Assembly (NCBI GenBank): GCA_963677435.1 | Contig: OY781945.1 | Span: 1,952,001 to 2,016,000, forward strand | Origin: an uncultured Aliarcobacter sp. | Lineage (GTDB): Bacteria > Campylobacterota > Campylobacteria > Campylobacterales > Arcobacteraceae | Reading direction: 5' to 3' | Length of the DNA stretch: 64,000 nt | Shown here: positions 49,798-58,714 of the stretch, in pieces | Layout of the letters: each line of letters begins with the position of its first letter | Numbering within the stretch: the first letter of the stretch is position 1 | The notes under the pieces: generated by a model | Database searches by the model: none | Seen by the model: the letters and a program-made list of their open reading frames with translations, nothing else | What the model was told of the DNA's origin: nothing | Program-made: the position numbers and the translations under genes

Positions 49798-51535
49798 TAT
49801 TACTTTAAATAATATGTTTTCATATCAAGGTATTAGTAGTATCTTATTTGATAATATATCTTGTATTATTGGTACAAATGGATTTGGGAAAACATCTATT
49901 TTGAACTCTATAAAATTATGTTTAGGACAGTCAGATATTGATGTATTTTCAATATTAAATAATAATGCTCAGGAAAAGATATGTTGGGTTAATCTTGATT
50001 TTGATGAATTTAATATAAAAAGAACTTGGAATTTTACATCTAAATATGAAGAATCTTTAAGTGTTATTTTAAAAGATGGTGAGAAATATGAAGATGATGA
50101 AGCAGAACATTTTATTCAAAATAAAATACCTGATTTCTTAATTGATTTTCTTTTTTATGATGGTGAGATAGGTAATAATTTACTTCTATTATCTAATATA
50201 AAATTAAAATCAATCTTTGATTATATCTTTGATTTAGATTTACTTGTTAATACGCAAAAAGACTCTCAAGCTGTAGCAAAAAGATTGCTTGAAAAAAATA
50301 GCGATGATTCTACAAAAGAACTTTTGATTCTTGAAAATGAAAGATTAGATATTTTAGATTTAATTTCTAATCAAAAAGAAGACTTAAAAGAAAAAGAAAA
50401 AGAATTTGCAATTCAAAAAATGAATTTACAAAAGATAAATACTCAAATTAGAAATAGAAATAAAAAGGTTAATAAACTATTTGAAGAGCTAGATCATGTA
50501 AAAAATAGATTAGATGAAAAATCAATTGTATTTAAACAATTAATACTTTGGCAAATGCCTTTACTTTTAAATAGTAATCTATTAGAAGGTATGCAAAAAA
50601 GAACATCTAGTGCTTTAAAAATTGAAAATGAATCTCTTTTTACAAATAAATTCCATAAATTTATTCAAGAAATAAATTCGCCACTTGAAGAAAATAAAAT
50701 ATTTGAACTATTTAAATCTATGATGATTAACGATTCAAATAAAATAGAATTAAGCATGACTAAACAACAATTCAAAATAGTTCTTGAAGAGATGAAAGAT
50801 TTAAAATTAAATATTAACCAATTAGAAGAAAGTATAAAAGAAGTTCAAGATTCAATTATGGAACAAGAAATGATGCGTTCATTGATAGAATCAAGAGATG
50901 AGCAAGAAGAAAAATTAAATATATTTGATAAATCTATTCAAGAGCTTACAGAAAATATTGAATTTAATATAATTAAGTCAAAAGAGATAAATAGAACATT
51001 AACACAAGCTTTTAAAAATAATCAACAAAAATATGCATTTTTTAAAGGTTATGAAGAATTACAAATTATTTCAAAAATGAGTGCTAAAGTTTATACTAAA
51101 AGATTAGATAAACAATTATCAATTTTCAATGAGAAATTAAAAGAAAATACTTCAAGATTTTTAAAACAATATGAGCATATAGATAAAATATTTATTGATA
51201 AATATCATAATATTATAATACAAGATTTAAAGAATGAAAAATTAAGTACTGAGCTACTATCAGCTGGTCAGAAACAAGTTCTAAACTTTTTGATAGTTAA
51301 AACTATTTTAGATTTTAAAAACTTTGCTTCTTTTGTAATGGTAGATACTCCTTTTGGAAGACTTTCAAATAAAAATAAAGAATTACTATTGAATTCTTGT
51401 TATCTGTCTTTTGATAATCTAATATTACTTTTAACAGATAGTGAATATGAATTTGTACAAACACAAAATTTAAATTATAAAACATACCAAATCAAAAGAG
51501 ATAGTCTTGGTTCAAGAATAGAGGAAATAGCATGA
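49784..51535 (+). CDS. dndD: DNA sulfur modification ATPase DndD (SMC-like)
   Basis: GTNGFGKT, FLFYDGE, coiled coil, LSAGQKQ, VMVDTPFGRLS; overlaps dndC; start may be 49775 or 49784. Confidence 0.85.
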   Translation: MKLTSITLNNMFSYQGISSILFDNISCIIGTNGFGKTSILNSIKLCLGQSDIDVFSILNNNAQEKICWVNLDFDEFNIKRTWNFTSKYEESLSVILKDGEKYEDDEAEHFIQNKIPDFLIDFLFYDGEIGNNLLLLSNIKLKSIFDYIFDLDLLVNTQKDSQAVAKRLLEKNSDDSTKELLILENERLDILDLISNQKEDLKEKEKEFAIQKMNLQKINTQIRNRNKKVNKLFEELDHVKNRLDEKSIVFKQLILWQMPLLLNSNLLEGMQKRTSSALKIENESLFTNKFHKFIQEINSPLEENKIFELFKSMMINDSNKIELSMTKQQFKIVLEEMKDLKLNINQLEESIKEVQDSIMEQEMMRSLIESRDEQEEKLNIFDKSIQELTENIEFNIIKSKEINRTLTQAFKNNQQKYAFFKGYEELQIISKMSAKVYTKRLDKQLSIFNEKLKENTSRFLKQYEHIDKIFIDKYHNIIIQDLKNEKLSTELLSAGQKQVLNFLIVKTILDFKNFASFVMVDTPFGRLSNKNKELLLNSCYLSFDNLILLLTDSEYEFVQTQNLNYKTYQIKRDSLGSRIEEIA

Positions 51536-51915
51536 TTAAAACAACCCAAGAAATAGAAAATTATATCTTTCCTTTATCTAAAATGTTAAACTTAGAAAAT
51601 GAGCCTAAATGGGTTATATTAAGATTTATGATAAATATATCACTTTCTTTAGAAAAAGAATTTAAAGATATAAAAATAGAATCTTATGATGGAAAAGAAT
51701 ACAGATTAGAACAAATCACAGGTGAAGGTAAAGGGACTGATGATTATACAAAACTGTTTTGGGACATGATAGAAACTTTTGATAATATAACTATTACCTC
51801 TAAAAAAACATTAGAAGAAAACCTCCAACGTCATATAGTTAGAGGTTATTTGATTTTAAAAACATCACTAAAGCATGATAGTAATATATTTGAGTTTATG
51901 GGGCAAGATTTTTAA
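51532..51915 (+). CDS. dndE: DndE-like protein
   Basis: 127 aa, overlaps the dndD stop; VILRF.I..SL and C-terminal HIVRG match the DndE/DUF1832 pattern. Confidence 0.65.
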   Translation: MIKTTQEIENYIFPLSKMLNLENEPKWVILRFMINISLSLEKEFKDIKIESYDGKEYRLEQITGEGKGTDDYTKLFWDMIETFDNITITSKKTLEENLQRHIVRGYLILKTSLKHDSNIFEFMGQDF

Positions 51916-51916
51916 C

Positions 51917-52336
51917 TCATAAAAAATCGTTTAAAAAAGAATTGAAGATTTTTTCTGCATTTTCTTTAATTCTTTTTTCTCCAAGTGTATTAGTATCTAA
52001 ATTTTCAGTTTCTTTTGATATTACATTGTATTCATGATATATTTGTGTACCAGAATATAATTGATGAATAAAATTTTCTATAATTTTAGTTTCTCTTTCT
52101 AATAAATTTGGGTCTTTAATAAATTTTGCTGGTTCTTCACATATATATGAAAAAAATTTCATTTCATCATTATTTAATGCTGTTTCCATATCTTTCTCAT
52201 GTATTGCACTATTAAAGTTATTTAGTAATTTTGAATCTACAAAATAAAAAGAATTCTTATCAAAAAATGATTTTTGAGTATTTCCTATATAAATATAATT
52301 ACGTTTTATAATAAATACTATTGAAGGATAAAACAT
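51917..52336 (-). CDS. Hypothetical protein, last gene of the convergent operon
   Basis: ORF coupled to the GHKL gene (TAATG overlap). Confidence 0.6.
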   Translation of the reverse strand: MFYPSIVFIIKRNYIYIGNTQKSFFDKNSFYFVDSKLLNNFNSAIHEKDMETALNNDEMKFFSYICEEPAKFIKDPNLLERETKIIENFIHQLYSGTQIYHEYNVISKETENLDTNTLGEKRIKENAEKIFNSFLNDFL

Positions 52337-53997
52337 TAATCTTTTTTCCTATCCCTCGTAGTATTAACAATTTTCCCAAGATTATGAGAGAGAAGTCTTT
52401 TAAATTTAATAAATATTTCTTCTATAATTATATCATCTATACTTAAATCTTGAAATGTTAAATTTTCTGAAGCAGCACAACAATATAATAATGATTCTAT
52501 TGAAATTTTTTCAAAGCTATTTTCCTTTAAATTACATAGAACATCATGATAAAAAGTATGATTTTGATTAATTATAATATAATCACCATAATTTGGATCC
52601 CATCCTGATTCCCAAAATAAATCATGTTTAACTTTATATGAATATCTTACTCTTTTGAAAATATTATTTTCTGTGAATTTTGATTTATCATCAATATCAT
52701 TTTTTTCATCAAGTTCTTTTGATTTCTTTTCTAATTTTTTTTGTCGCTCTTTTTTATTTTCACTAATTTTTAATCGAGGGTCAGTATCTGGATCAACTGG
52801 AGCAAAATCTTCTAAAACTTCATTAAATGCTTCTCCTTCTTCACCATTATTAATTAGCTCTGTACACATACTCATGATTGTACCATGGAGTTGCAAAGCT
52901 GGTCTAATTTTACTTTTTATTTGTTCTAAGATTTCATCTGGAATTAATAATCGTTGCTTAGATACATCAACATGTAATGTGTCATCTAAAGATGAATCAA
53001 TATTTAATTTAGCTCTAAAGCCATATGTTTTATAGGGAATTACTGTATCTAATTTGTCACCCCATCTAATTAATCTATTATTTCTGTAAATAAAAAATCC
53101 ACTATTTTTTTCTGAAACATTATATTCTTTAATTCTATTTTTTGTACTTGAATCAAATCCAGGATATGAAGACATTCTACTTTGAGGGAAAATTACAATC
53201 TCTAATTTTGCATTACATATTTTTTTTTCTCCTTCAACTATTATAGGTAAAGGTAATTCTTCATTAAAAACTTTACATGGTTTAGAACAATCATAAGTCT
53301 CTTTATCAAATATAATAGCATCTTTCAAAAACATTATATCTAATGATTTAATATCAATTTTTTGACTACCTTCAATAATAGAGATTGTAAAATTTTCTTT
53401 ATTTTTTAGGAATTCATAATAAACTACACCTAACTTACTTTCAAGGTGTCTCATTGTTGTCTGTATTGAACGGTTATTTACTTCTTCACAACCAGTAATT
53501 TCTATAATCGTTCCTTTATTTGAAGTTAAATATTCATTATATTTTTTTATTTCAGCTTCATCTAACTCTTTTTCTATAACTTCTAATTCAAATTCAACTT
53601 GATTTTTATCTAATATATAACTGATTGAATAGGTATTATTTTTTTTAGATATTACTTGAATAGAAGTTCCTAAAGATAATCCAGCTGATTTCAATCCCAT
53701 TCCATATTTAGATAAACTATTTGCATCATATTCCTGTATAGAACCAAGTTCTAAAGCTTTTAAAATTTCTTCAGAAGACATTCCTTTTCCATCATCTACT
53801 ATTTTATAGCTTTTTGCATTGTTCTTGTCTGCTAAAGTAGTTCCATCAATTCTTTCAATATAGATTGAAATATTATTTGCATCTGCTGTTACTGCGTTGT
53901 CTATTAAATCCATTATGGCAGTGCTTGCACTATACCCAATTTTAGAGATAGCATCTAAAACTCGAGATGCATTTATATTAATTGGTATTTTTTTCAT
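52336..53997 (-). CDS. GHKL (MORC/HATPase_c_3-like) ATPase
   Basis: GYS...AIMDLIDNA, DDGKGM, SKYGMGLKSA, GTIIEI, GFFIYRNNRLI; start placed at MKKIPIN (ORF track 54027). Confidence 0.85.
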   Translation of the reverse strand: MKKIPININASRVLDAISKIGYSASTAIMDLIDNAVTADANNISIYIERIDGTTLADKNNAKSYKIVDDGKGMSSEEILKALELGSIQEYDANSLSKYGMGLKSAGLSLGTSIQVISKKNNTYSISYILDKNQVEFELEVIEKELDEAEIKKYNEYLTSNKGTIIEITGCEEVNNRSIQTTMRHLESKLGVVYYEFLKNKENFTISIIEGSQKIDIKSLDIMFLKDAIIFDKETYDCSKPCKVFNEELPLPIIVEGEKKICNAKLEIVIFPQSRMSSYPGFDSSTKNRIKEYNVSEKNSGFFIYRNNRLIRWGDKLDTVIPYKTYGFRAKLNIDSSLDDTLHVDVSKQRLLIPDEILEQIKSKIRPALQLHGTIMSMCTELINNGEEGEAFNEVLEDFAPVDPDTDPRLKISENKKERQKKLEKKSKELDEKNDIDDKSKFTENNIFKRVRYSYKVKHDLFWESGWDPNYGDYIIINQNHTFYHDVLCNLKENSFEKISIESLLYCCAASENLTFQDLSIDDIIIEEIFIKFKRLLSHNLGKIVNTTRDRKKD

Positions 53998-53998
53998 T

Positions 53999-55066
53999 TT
54001 AATTTTTTCCTTTATTAAATAGCTCAAATAAATCTTTAAATAGATTTAAATCAACTGTCTTTGGTGTTTCTTTTTTAGTATCTAAACTTGGAGTTTCTAG
54101 TAGTCTTTCTAAAGCTAAATGAATTGATTTAATATGAGCATCATTTGTATCTGCTTTAGTTTGTTCAACAATTATATTGAAATTATTAATAAATGTTTTG
54201 GATAACATCGTTTTATAATCATATTCTTCTAATAATCTATTAGTACGATTATACCTATTCCAATAAAAAGTTGCACTAATAATTATTGGAAAAATAAGGA
54301 TAAATTTACTACCAATTTTAACCCAACTATTTTCACTATTTAATATTTTTATAATATCTGTGGGGGTATTGAAAATTGAATAAGAATATCCTATAAATAA
54401 ATAGAAACCTGTTAAAAATGATATTAAAAGTAAAAATATAAAACCAAAATGGTATCTAGCTGCTTTTTTTGATAATTGATCTACTTTATTACTATATAAA
54501 TTTGATAATTCATAACTTGTAACTTTCTCAAGTATTTCTCTTATATCTTTTTTATATTCATTTATTTGATTAATGTAAGATTCTTTATTAGTATCAAATT
54601 GAACAAGTTTTTCTTTAGATTCTTTATCAAATAAATCTAATTTACTTTTTGAATTTAATTCTTGTATTTTCACATCTTCAATTATTTTTTCAATATTTCC
54701 TAATTTATCTAAAGAATCTTTTAAATTATTATGTTCTTTAGTTAAAATTCTAATCTCATCTTTTAAATCTTTTAAATTAAATTCTTCTTCTTCAAAAAGT
54801 TCTTTTAATCCTTCTTCTGTATACCATTCAATTAATGAATATGCATTATTTTGTCCTCTAACAAATACCTTTTTCTCTGTAGTGTAAGAAAAATTTGAGT
54901 TAATACACTTTCTTTCAATTTGAGTTCTTAGTATATGAATTTCATTAACATTTTCTTTGAAAGTATATAAATTTTTAAATTTAATAGAGCTATATATATC
55001 TTCTAAAGTTAAAGCAACTTTCTTTTCCTTTAATACCTCTTCTGCTACCTCTGCAATTGTTGTCAA
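53999..55066 (-). CDS. Protein with N-terminal winged-HTH (HARE-HTH/Mrr-N-like), coiled coil and two TM helices
   Basis: TIAEVAEEVLKE...LTLEDIY..I...LYTF; heptad region; two hydrophobic segments then EEYDYK. Confidence 0.6.
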   Translation of the reverse strand: MTTIAEVAEEVLKEKKVALTLEDIYSSIKFKNLYTFKENVNEIHILRTQIERKCINSNFSYTTEKKVFVRGQNNAYSLIEWYTEEGLKELFEEEEFNLKDLKDEIRILTKEHNNLKDSLDKLGNIEKIIEDVKIQELNSKSKLDLFDKESKEKLVQFDTNKESYINQINEYKKDIREILEKVTSYELSNLYSNKVDQLSKKAARYHFGFIFLLLISFLTGFYLFIGYSYSIFNTPTDIIKILNSENSWVKIGSKFILIFPIIISATFYWNRYNRTNRLLEEYDYKTMLSKTFINNFNIIVEQTKADTNDAHIKSIHLALERLLETPSLDTKKETPKTVDLNLFKDLFELFNKGKN

Positions 55067-55068
55067 AT

Positions 55069-55356
55069 TTAATTTCTCCTATTATTTGTATTGATTAATT
55101 CATTTACTTCATCTATAAGCAAATGAGGATATAACCCTATATGCATACTATCATGAATTAATTCTTTATCATATAGTTTAATAATTTTGAAATATTCTAT
55201 ATATTCATCTTTTTTTGTGGCTATACTTATAATTAAAGTACCATCTTCAATACATCCAACAACAGCTTGCATTGCATCTGCTAATTCTTCATAACTTTTG
55301 TTTCTAAAATAATTTTCTAATTCTATTAATTTATTACATTTTAAAGTTTTTTTCAT
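55069..55356 (-). CDS. Hypothetical protein
   Basis: ORF with GGGA RBS inside the minus-strand operon. Confidence 0.55.
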   Translation of the reverse strand: MKKTLKCNKLIELENYFRNKSYEELADAMQAVVGCIEDGTLIISIATKKDEYIEYFKIIKLYDKELIHDSMHIGLYPHLLIDEVNELINTNNRRN

Positions 55357-55406
55357 TTTTTCCCATTTTATTATGTATTAATATTTTAGTTATATATATT
55401 TATTCA

Positions 55407-56321
55407 TTAATACTTCAAAATTTCATACTGCAAAGTTTTACTCTCTTGCAAAAACTTTTTACCTGATTCATCAAGAATATAGTTTGACGTGATAAATTTT
55501 AATTTAATATTTTTATCAAACAATTTATTTTCATTTACATACTCTGTACAACAGCCAACAAAAGCTTTTAATTTTTCATGATTGATTTTATATTTACTAT
55601 CTTCTTTCCAGTTCTTACATTGGATTAAAATTAATTCTTCATCTTTAGTACAGATAATATCTATGCCTTTATCTTTTTTACCTTTCTTAATTCCATGTAA
55701 ATTTACATCGTATCCATCTAGTTTATAATATCCTGCAACAAATTTTTCATACTCGCTACCTTTTTGCTTTAATTCTTTCATTCTATCTGCATAAGCTCTT
55801 TTTTCATCATCTGTGTAAGGAGTAAATTTTCTTTTATTTGAATTAATATTATTTTGATTATTCTCAAATGGCTCTTGATTTATTTCTTCTTTTTTATATG
55901 TATTTTCTCTATATTTAAATGCTGTTTTTTCTTTAACTTCTTCTGTGTGTTTAGATTCATTTTTTTTATTTGAATTTTTTTCAGTATTATAATTTTCTAT
56001 TGCATCTTCAATATTTTTTCTTAGATGGTTATATTCTTTTTCATCAAAAGTAGTTAAAGTATTATTTTTATTTCCATTTATAGTTATTACATATTTTTTT
56101 ACTTTTAAAAAACTTATTACTATAGCGATTATTCCAATTATGAAAGCCAAAATACCACTTATAAAAAAATATATCATTATTGAAAATATTAATACTGGAA
56201 ATCCGATACTAGATAAACTTAACACTTCTTCATCATAAGATATATTATGAATATTTTTTATTGTGAATGTTTTGTTTTTAGTTCTTATTGTTTCTTTAGT
56301 TATTTCAATTGTATTATTCAA
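55407..56321 (-). CDS. Membrane-anchored Mrr-like (PD-(D/E)xK) restriction endonuclease
   Basis: N-terminal TM hairpin; C-terminal GSEYEKFVA..Y...GY, DKGIDII, LIQCKNW. Confidence 0.8.
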   Translation of the reverse strand: MNNTIEITKETIRTKNKTFTIKNIHNISYDEEVLSLSSIGFPVLIFSIMIYFFISGILAFIIGIIAIVISFLKVKKYVITINGNKNNTLTTFDEKEYNHLRKNIEDAIENYNTEKNSNKKNESKHTEEVKEKTAFKYRENTYKKEEINQEPFENNQNNINSNKRKFTPYTDDEKRAYADRMKELKQKGSEYEKFVAGYYKLDGYDVNLHGIKKGKKDKGIDIICTKDEELILIQCKNWKEDSKYKINHEKLKAFVGCCTEYVNENKLFDKNIKLKFITSNYILDESGKKFLQESKTLQYEILKY

Positions 56322-56361
56322 ACTTAAATTTCCGTACTCATTTAGATTATTTTATAAAAAT

Positions 56362-56393
56362 ATTATATCGACGAAATGACTCATAAATGACTC
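56362..56393 (-). promoter_or_regulatory. Promoter GAGTCATTT-N2-GAGTCATTT-N6-TATAAT upstream of the Mrr-like gene
   Basis: Identical architecture to 22591-22622. Confidence 0.7.
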
Positions 56394-56407
56394 ATTTTTA
56401 TTTTTTT

Positions 56408-56749
56408 TTATAAATTTTTTTTGATTTTCTCTGCTTCGGTTATATGATAAATGTATTTAATTTGATTTTCATCTAATAGTTCTAAATTATTGATTATTTC
56501 ATTCTTATAATCAATATGTTCAATACTTTCTGTCTCATTAATAAATATTTCACCTTTTCCATTTATTAACCAATTAGTATTTATACTAAACATATTTGTT
56601 AATTTTTCAATAAACTCTATTGATGGTTTTACCTTATTTTTCTCATATCTGGATAAAGACTGAGGTGCTAATTCTATTTTTTCAGCAAACTCATTTTGAT
56701 TAAAACCTAGTTTTTCTCGCATTAGAATTAACTTTTCACCAAAATTCAT
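56408..56749 (-). CDS. XRE-family prophage repressor
   Basis: FGEKL..MRE..GFNQ.EFA..I....SLSRYE.N...P HTH; WLINGKG; start at MNFGEK. Confidence 0.9.
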   Translation of the reverse strand: MNFGEKLILMREKLGFNQNEFAEKIELAPQSLSRYEKNKVKPSIEFIEKLTNMFSINTNWLINGKGEIFINETESIEHIDYKNEIINNLELLDENQIKYIYHITEAEKIKKNL

Positions 56750-56759
56750 AAATTTCCTT

Positions 56760-56808
56760 AACATATTTGTTTATTATTATTGACATTCTAAACATATTTG
56801 TATATAAT
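56760..56808 (+). promoter_or_regulatory. Phage rightward promoter with operators
   Basis: TTGACA 56780-85, 17 nt, TATAAT 56803-08; AACATATTTGT(T/A) at 56760 and 56791, third copy at 56589. Confidence 0.75.
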
Positions 56809-56839
56809 TAGAGTACATTTATTATTTAGGGGTAACAAA

Positions 56840-57286
56840 ATGCAATCAAACAAACAGTCTAACTCATCATTTTATCAAAATCAAACAAAAATAAACTTTA
56901 TCAAAGTTCTTATTGAAAAATATGAAAATAAATTTACTTATGAAAATAACTTAATGATTGCAAGTAATCAAAGGCTAATTTCTTTAATTATTAAACATAT
57001 TCAATCTTTAAAAGCAAAATTAAATGAATTAGAAAACACAAAAGTTACTCCACAAATTGAAAATGAAATACAAACATTAGATAATCAAATTGAAGCTACT
57101 CAAACACAAATTAATAGATTAACAAAATTAAACTCTTTCGCAACACTTTTACAAAAAAAATCAAATAAAAAATCTTTTTATAAATATAGACAAATACTAC
57201 TTTCAATCAGAAATAAAATTGACTTAAAACAAAGAGTTTTAAATCTTTTAGTATGGGAAAAAGAAAGATTAATTAAATTAGCTTAA
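56840..57286 (+). CDS. Phage coiled-coil hypothetical protein
   Basis: ATG 56840 behind AGGGG, downstream of the promoter. Confidence 0.6.
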   Translation: MQSNKQSNSSFYQNQTKINFIKVLIEKYENKFTYENNLMIASNQRLISLIIKHIQSLKAKLNELENTKVTPQIENEIQTLDNQIEATQTQINRLTKLNSFATLLQKKSNKKSFYKYRQILLSIRNKIDLKQRVLNLLVWEKERLIKLA

Positions 57287-57298
57287 TAACTATCTTAA

Positions 57299-57326
57299 AG
57301 CCTATTTTATTCAATAGGTTTTATAG
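57299..57326 (+). repeat. 28-bp hairpin repeat, copy 1
   Basis: AGCCTATTTTATTCAATAGGTTTTATAG. Confidence 0.85.
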
Positions 57327-57363
57327 AGAGTTATCAAATTTAAATTTATAAGAAGGCGTAAAA

Positions 57364-57603
57364 ATGAATAAACATGAAGTTTTTTTAGTTTCATATGATT
57401 TGAAACATTCGACAAGATTTAGAGCAATTTTAGTTCCAGCAATGAGAGATACTGAAAATAAAAATATTAATTACGTAATGAATGAATTGGCAAATTCTTT
57501 TAAATCAAAAGAAATTAAATTTAATGAAATTATTTCAACAGCAGTTTCATATGAACTCTTGTTAACTGATGATTTTATAAAAATGATAAAAGAAAAGTAT
57601 TAA
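57364..57603 (+). CDS. Phage hypothetical protein flanked by the 28-bp repeats
   Basis: ORF with AAGG RBS. Confidence 0.6.
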   Translation: MNKHEVFLVSYDLKHSTRFRAILVPAMRDTENKNINYVMNELANSFKSKEIKFNEIISTAVSYELLLTDDFIKMIKEKY

Positions 57604-57612
57604 TTTACTTAG

Positions 57613-57640
57613 AGCCTATTTTATTAAATAGGTTTTATAG
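57613..57640 (+). repeat. 28-bp hairpin repeat, copy 2
   Basis: AGCCTATTTTATTAAATAGGTTTTATAG, one mismatch to copy 1. Confidence 0.85.
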
Positions 57641-57654
57641 TGGATTTATTCACT

Positions 57655-57980
57655 CGGTAACAGCACTGTACCCCGCTGTTATCGTTAGTTTAAAAAGGGT
57701 AAGTGAAAAAATGAAATTAAGTATAAAGTGAACCTCTATTAAAAGATAGAAGCTGACCTAATCTTGGATGGTTAGAATTGTATCGTTTAGCTAAACAGCG
57801 TCCCGACAATTCTAAATCAAATTAATATTTTTTGGCTTTCTGTCAATAAAGCTTCGCTTACTCAATGTTAGCGAGTGAATGGATGTTTGAGTAAGTGGAA
57901 ATAAAATCCTCTCACCTAAACAGATAAAAAATTGAGAGACAACACTTTTAGTCGTAGCCTTTAAAAGGTATAAACCGATT
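57655..57980 (+). other. Multi-hairpin non-coding region (phage intergenic/origin region or structured RNA)
   Basis: Five inverted repeats in about 330 nt with no ORF of 60 aa or more. Confidence 0.55.
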
Positions 57981-58003
57981 AATTAAACATAAAAGGATAA
58001 AAA

Positions 58004-58363
58004 ATGTCAACAGTTAAACCCGTACAAGTTAAAGAACATGGAAATTTCTTATATGGTCAATTAGATGGATTAGACTTTGTGCCATCTGGAATTATGCAAG
58101 ATACTAAAAAACCTTATAGTGCTTCAATTAAATTGAAATTTATATTGAAATCTACATTCTTAAAAGAACTCAACAGTATTAAAATACCAACACAACGTGC
58201 AACTTCTCAAATAGTGAGAATCCCAACAACAGATGATAAGTTACCTCAATTAGTAGCTAAATATAATGAGTTAGTAGGTAAAGATTTATTTATTAACTAT
58301 ATTGCAAAAGATGGAGAAGTAATCAATATTCAAAATGAAAATGAGATTATCGAAATAAAGTAA
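58004..58363 (+). CDS. Putative ssDNA-binding protein (pV-like)
   Basis: 119 aa, beta-rich, immediately upstream of the coat genes; positional inference. Confidence 0.5.
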   Translation: MSTVKPVQVKEHGNFLYGQLDGLDFVPSGIMQDTKKPYSASIKLKFILKSTFLKELNSIKIPTQRATSQIVRIPTTDDKLPQLVAKYNELVGKDLFINYIAKDGEVINIQNENEIIEIK

Positions 58364-58488
58364 TTATATAGGGCATAGAGTCCGTACCTCTTGTAAGTCC
58401 CTGTATTTAAATTTTTAGAGTACATTTTTTGTTTATGTATTCTACAAATTTAATCTTGGGATTGTATCTCAAAAAAAAGGAGTTCATC

Positions 58489-58671
58489 ATGTTAAAAAGA
58501 TTATTTGCATTATTTGCTTTTTTCTTTCTTCTAATGGTTGGTGCTAATGCTGCTGGAATTGCTGCACCTGATATGTCTGATGCAGTGGATTCAGTTACAA
58601 ATGTTTTTGGTGCTGTTCTTGGTGTTTCTGTTTTAATCTTTGGATTTAAAAAAACAAAATCATTACTTTAA
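58489..58671 (+). CDS. Major coat protein (pVIII-like)
   Basis: AGGAG RBS, signal peptide ending ANA, acidic N-terminus, single TM helix, basic C-terminus FKKTKSLL. Confidence 0.8.
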   Translation: MLKRLFALFAFFFLLMVGANAAGIAAPDMSDAVDSVTNVFGAVLGVSVLIFGFKKTKSLL

Positions 58672-58714
58672 GAGTTTGAGGGATTTTCCCTCTCTCTTTA
58701 GAAAGGTTTTATAA

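Noticed and set aside
3631..53035. Short alternative-frame or antisense ORFs in the track (e.g. 3631..3960, 4602..5057, 11126..11368, 20097..21771, 25960..26277, 31762..31968, 35766..36293, 45339..45677, 52655..53035)
   Set aside because: They lie within well-supported genes and have low-complexity shadow-frame composition
57299..57640. CRISPR array
   Set aside because: Only two repeat copies, separated by about 290 nt containing an ORF; no cas genes
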